Source: Octopus vulgaris
Lineage: Eukaryota
Reading direction: 5' to 3'
DNA length: 64,000 nt
Assembly (NCBI GenBank): GCA_951406725.2
Contig: OX597816.1
Coordinates: forward strand, 51,212,001 to 51,276,000
The position numbers and the translations under genes were made by a program. Shown in pieces: positions 58,657 through 64,000 of this stretch. Numbering within the stretch: position 1 is the stretch's first letter; each line of letters begins with the position of its first letter. Under the pieces are notes generated by a model. That model saw only the letters and a program-made list of their open reading frames with translations. It was not told the origin of the DNA and did not search any database.

Positions 58657-59050
58657 AGTCGCAGGTGTGAGTGTGTGATAATAAGTTTACTTCCCAACCA
58701 CATGGTTCCAGTTTGAGTCCTCCTTTGTGACGCCTTGGGCAAATAAGTTCTCCTATAGCCGCGGGCCCACCAAATTATTGTAAGTGGATTTAGTAGATGG
58801 CAATTGAAAGAAGCCCGTCATGTATATGTGTGTTTGTGTATGTGTGTTTGTCTGTGCGTATCTATGTGTCTTTGCTATTGAGCATGTCACCCACAACCGT
58901 TTGACGACTTGTATTAGCTTATATTTCCATAATTTGTGGCTACTGGAAAAGCGATCGATAGAATAAGCACCGGGATTCAAAATAGTAGTGGCGTCGATTC
59001 TTTCGAATAAAAAAAAACTCTACAGGTGGTGCCCCAGTCGAGTGGCTGCA
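58657..59050 (+). mobile_element. Old SINE copy (17321 family)
   Basis: ttcccaaccacatggttcc..ctatagccgcgggcccaccaaa..gtggatttagtagatgg. Confidence 0.75.
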
Positions 59051-59100
59051 ATGGATTGATGAGTCCATCTACAACATCCTATGGTAAATCTTTTTTTCTT

Positions 59101-59181
59101 TCTTTGATGACATTATGCTCATCTCACATAAATGCCCATTTGTAATTAAATTATTGAGTATAAATTGAAACGGCTGTAAGT
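59101..59181 (+). ncRNA. Hammerhead relic (C3U) in a PLE-like terminus ending at (TA)n
   Basis: ct-TTGATGA-c-attatgctca..tgagtataaat-t-GAAAC-ggct-GTA-ag. Confidence 0.6.
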
Positions 59182-59254
59182 AGAGGAGCTGAAAAAATTG
59201 TAAATAATAAGTAGTTGTTAACTTCCTTATCTCCATCTTCTCTTCTACTTTAAC

Positions 59255-59362
<108 letters not shown>

Positions 59363-59373
59363 CACATATACAT

Positions 59374-59422
<49 letters not shown>

Positions 59423-60007
59423 TACTCATACACAGATACACAGTGAGCGACTGTCTGTACAGCAAGAGTGTTAAGTAAAAATACACAGATCTAGATACAT
59501 ACACATATGCACGGATGGTGTATACGTACATACATATACACAAACACACGCACACACGCGTGTGATTTACAATGTGATTTACTTTATTCAAGTTTTATCA
59601 GGTCTGTATTTAACTTTATATCAAGTCTTGTCTTTTTTTTTTATTTCTCAAACTGAAATTGTATTATCCAAAAGAATTCATCAATTGTGAAAAGTTTAAC
59701 CACCTGTCGTCCAATAAGCATTAGAAAACTTATTTAGTGACTTAGGAATTGATGTTCACTGCTCCATTTAATAACATAAAAACCATTGCATTGCTCGGAC
59801 TTTTTTTGACGTCTGTCTGAAGATTACGTTATGTGTGTTAGAAAGAAAGACTTTGTGAAATTTCCGTTTCAATAAAAAGCTTCATTTTACCATATCTCTC
59901 TTATTCGAATACCGCGTTCTTACACTAACATATGTGCTTATACGTATATATAAATGCGTGATGTGTCTGTGTGTATGTCTGGGCATATACATATGCATAT
60001 GCATTTG

Positions 60008-60051
<44 letters not shown>

Positions 60052-60534
60052 TCATATATGCTCACAGATACGGACGTATAATACATATATGTGTATGTGC
60101 TTGAGTACACACATCCACAATCTTTTTTTTTCTCAGAATGCTATATATTTATTTATTTCGTTCTCTTTTTTCAAACAGCTAAGCAATATGTATGATTTTT
60201 CAATCTTCCACAAAGTATTGCGAATACACATTATTGTGTTTAAAGATTCCTCTAAAATATATACATTGGAAAAAAAAACACATGTCGTTCATTTCATAAT
60301 CTATGATATTCATAAATATATATATTTCCTGTCCGTACATTCAAATGGTAGCTATATTTCTTCCTTTTCAATGTACATCATATCGATTTTGTCGGTTTTT
60401 TATTGTTACTTTAAACTACTCAAACACAAGTCGACAAAATTATAGAAACGCAGATGTACATACACACATCTATGTATCTATCTATCTATCTACCTTGCTC
60501 CCACTTCTCTCTCTCTCTCTTCTCTCTCTGTGTA

Positions 60535-60605
<71 letters not shown>

Positions 60606-60630
60606 CATACGCACGGATGTGAGCGCGTGT

Positions 60631-60663
<33 letters not shown>

Positions 60664-60836
60664 GTTAAACCAATTATATACACTTACATGTACAAACGTC
60701 TAGGACAATATATAATCGTGTCATTGCGAGTCGATAAGGAAGGAGATTTAGTTTCAGCAACACACGTGACCCCATTTGCTGTAACAAAAGGCCATGTATT
60801 TCAATTTACTCAGTTGAAATGATTATTGATTAAAAG

Positions 60837-60897
<61 letters not shown>

Positions 60898-62161
60898 CCA
60901 TCACGATCAGCCAGTGTAACATGAGGGTGGGCATTTCAGAATTTAATTGGACTTACAATTAACGTTGGTGATGATGCTATTGGTATTATTTAACCACAGA
61001 TCGACCCTCATCAAGCCGGTTGGCTAGTAATTTATCTTTAATGCACATCAATTTCAAGGGAACCCATTAGTTGCTATGCAGAAACAGAAACAAAAAAATC
61101 ATAAATGGATACACGTAAAGACACTGAAGAAAACCCATTATGTTTCCTTCTGTGTGTTACATGTGTCCATTCATGCTTTATTATTTTTTTCTGTTTCTGT
61201 TTAGCAACTATTACACTGACATAACTCTTCTGTATTTGTGAGTTTTCTCATTACATGTAATTCCAAATATACTAAACCTATTGATTTCAAATTTTGGTAC
61301 AAGACAAATAAGTGCGGGGAGAGTGGTAAGCGGATCACGTCAACTCCAGTACTCAACTGGTAATTATTTTATCGACCACGTAATAATATAAGGCAATGTT
61401 GACCTCAGCAGAATTTATATTTAGAACGTAAAGACACATTCTGTCATATTTGTATTTTGCACAGCTCCTCTCAGTTATTTTACTGAAGCTTCTTCGTCAT
61501 ATTTACAATCGGCATCATTACAAAATTAGTATTGGTATTTCCACAGCTCCGTTCCGGCAATTGACACAGATAAACGGAGTGCTGATACGTTCCGGGGTTT
61601 GCGTAAAAGAAAATACAGGCCGATCATTTATGATTTTCTTCAACATATTCTCCTCTCAGATTTACATAGTCCTTCAGTTTTTCTAAGCCCTGTTAGAAAA
61701 CTCGGAAAGTTGGGCCTCCAAGCAGGGTTTTCGGTACACCCTTAAAACTGGGAAATCTTTAACAAACCCCTGTATTTTTCAGACAAGCTCCACTTATAAT
61801 TGCACTGTAGGGTTTTTTATCTCCTATTTTATGTCTTTTTATTTATTTTTGTGCAGTTAAGATGCGTTCTGTACGCACCCCAGAGCGAGACGCTTTCTTT
61901 TAACTCCAAGGATAATGTCACAGCATTATATTTCAAATCTGCCACAATATGGTGCTTATTAGCATTGCAATGCTACCATGTTGATACAACAGTGATTTCC
62001 TAATCGAAAATCCAATTTCTGTGAGATTCGCTCAATCCATTTTTAAGGGGATTATCAGTATGCTTTAATGAAAAGTTAAAGAAATTATAAAATCGGTATT
62101 GAAATTCCAACACCAATCTAAAATTAGTCCGGCAGATGCTTGTTTTTCGACCACGAATTAC

Positions 62162-62219
<58 letters not shown>

Positions 62220-62479
62220 GCATATATGTAACAATTATACACTGTATTATCATATACACACAGGACCATCCAAGATAGACAGGGCTCTCCCGCACAAACA
62301 CACACACACTCTCTCTCTGTCTCTCTCAAACACACTCACGCATGCACACACTCATATATGTTAATACATATTCGTATGTTTGTATATATGTGTGAGTGTG
62401 TGCGCGCCTGCATGTGCGTGTCTCTACGCATAGATATGAAATTATAGGGTGTTTACGCTTACTAAAAGTTCAGGATTCT

Positions 62480-64000
62480 CAGGATGTTTTGCAGCACCCT
62501 AGTAGGATACCTCCTTGGCTAGTTAATGGGTTAACATTCCTGCTTCCAAAAAGTGAAAAAACTAATGAACCAACAATCTATAGATCTATAACCTGCTTAA
62601 CAACTATGTATAAAACGCTAACATGTGTCCTCACGGAATATACTTATGGTTTTTTAACAGACTGCATCATATTCCCTAATGAACAGAAAGGATGTAAACG
62701 TGAATCCTACAGCTGTAAAGATCAACTACTCATCAATAGGATGATCTTAGAAGATTGTCACAAACGACACAAAAACTTATCAATAGCCTGGATAGACTAT
62801 AAAAAGGCGTTTTATAGCCTACTACATAGCTGGATTAGGAAATGCCTGGAAATGTATAAGATGGCACCTACTCTGCGAAACATTTTCACTGTAAGTATGA
62901 GATCATGGAGAACCACACTAACTCTGAACAGTGACAATGAATCCCTAAATGCTGGTGATGTAAAAATTTCATGTGGAATTTTCCAGGGTGACTCAGTGTC
63001 ACCACTCCTCTTTTGTTTAGCCTTAATACCTCTCTCAAAACTGCTCAATGACGCGCAGTACGGGTATAAAATGTTTGAAAAAAATATAAATCATCTCATT
63101 TACATGGATGATTTAAAGCTTTTTGCAAAAAATGATAAACAACTCAAGGGCTTACTAGCGATAGTCAAACAATTCAGTGATGACATCAGAATGCAATTCG
63201 GCCTCGATAAATGTGCAAAAGCTACCTTTATCAAAGGAAAAATGACAGAAACATCTAACGTTAATCTTGACCAGCAGAATGACATAAAAGAACTAGACCC
63301 AGCGGAGAACTACAAGTACCTAGGGGTAATTGAAGGAGAAGGAATAAGGCATTCAGAGATGAAGGAAAGGATCAGGAGAGAATGTTATCGAAGAGTGAGA
63401 GCAATACTCAAGACAGAGCTGAATACAAGAAAGAGGATCGAAGCGATCAATGCATTAGCCATACCAGTCGTGACTTACAGTTTCAATATCGTTAACTGGT
63501 CAATTACTGAAATATGTCAGCTCGACAGAAAAATAAGAAAACATTTGACAATGCATAGAATGCACCACCCTAAGGCAGATACAGAACGACTTTATCTGCC
63601 AAGAAAAGAGGGAGGCCGTGGTCTTTTGCAACTGGCAATAACAATGAAGATTGCTACAATTGGCCTAGACACCTACGTGAAAAATCTGAGGACTGGATGT
63701 TAAAACTTGTCTCAAAACACGAAAACAAGAAAGCATCATACTCAGTAACAAAACAGGCAAAGGAATATCTAAGTGAATTCCAAATACAACAAATTTCGGA
63801 ATTAGAGATAGACATACAAGAAACAAGCACAGAAAAAGCTAGGTGCATGAAAACCCGTGCCAAAACTGCGGCCTTAGATAATAAATGGCAAGAAAAACCT
63901 CTCTATGGCAAATACCCAAAGAGAGCGAATAATGCAGATATTAACAAAGCCCTGACCCATCAATGGCTAATGGCCTCTGGCTTAAAATCTGAAACAGAAG
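62480..64000 (+). mobile_element. 5'-truncated R4/Dong-clade LINE reverse transcriptase, running off the window end
   Basis: YRSITCLTTMYK, EQKGC, CKDQLLIN, AWIDYKKAF, GIFQGDSVSPLLF, HLIYMDDLKL, FGLDKC, YKYLG, LYLPRKEGGRGL. After a frameshift near 63680 it continues to KWQEKPLYGKY..LKSETE. Confidence 0.92.

Overview
AT-rich, microsatellite-saturated eukaryotic window. It is almost certainly cephalopod (Octopus-like); this is an inference from the SINE families, the (TA)n density and a C2H2-ZNF relic. No intact host gene is evident, and nearly all listed ORFs are microsatellite artefacts. Recognisable content: fossil Tc1/mariner elements, a non-autonomous Helitron, a hAT MITE, CR1-, L1/Tx1-, R4/Dong- and HERO-like LINE fragments, several modular tRNA-derived SINE families, a C2H2 zinc-finger pseudogene, and many Penelope-like element (PLE) pieces. 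The most striking signal is about a dozen type I hammerhead-ribozyme (HHR) motifs from different repeat families. They sit next to (TA)n tracts, often as head-to-head inverted pairs. One is a canonical HHR in a ~480-bp unit present as two circularly permuted inverted copies (retrozyme-like). Another carries a compensatory G3-C8 core. All structures were read by eye; no searches or folding were run.
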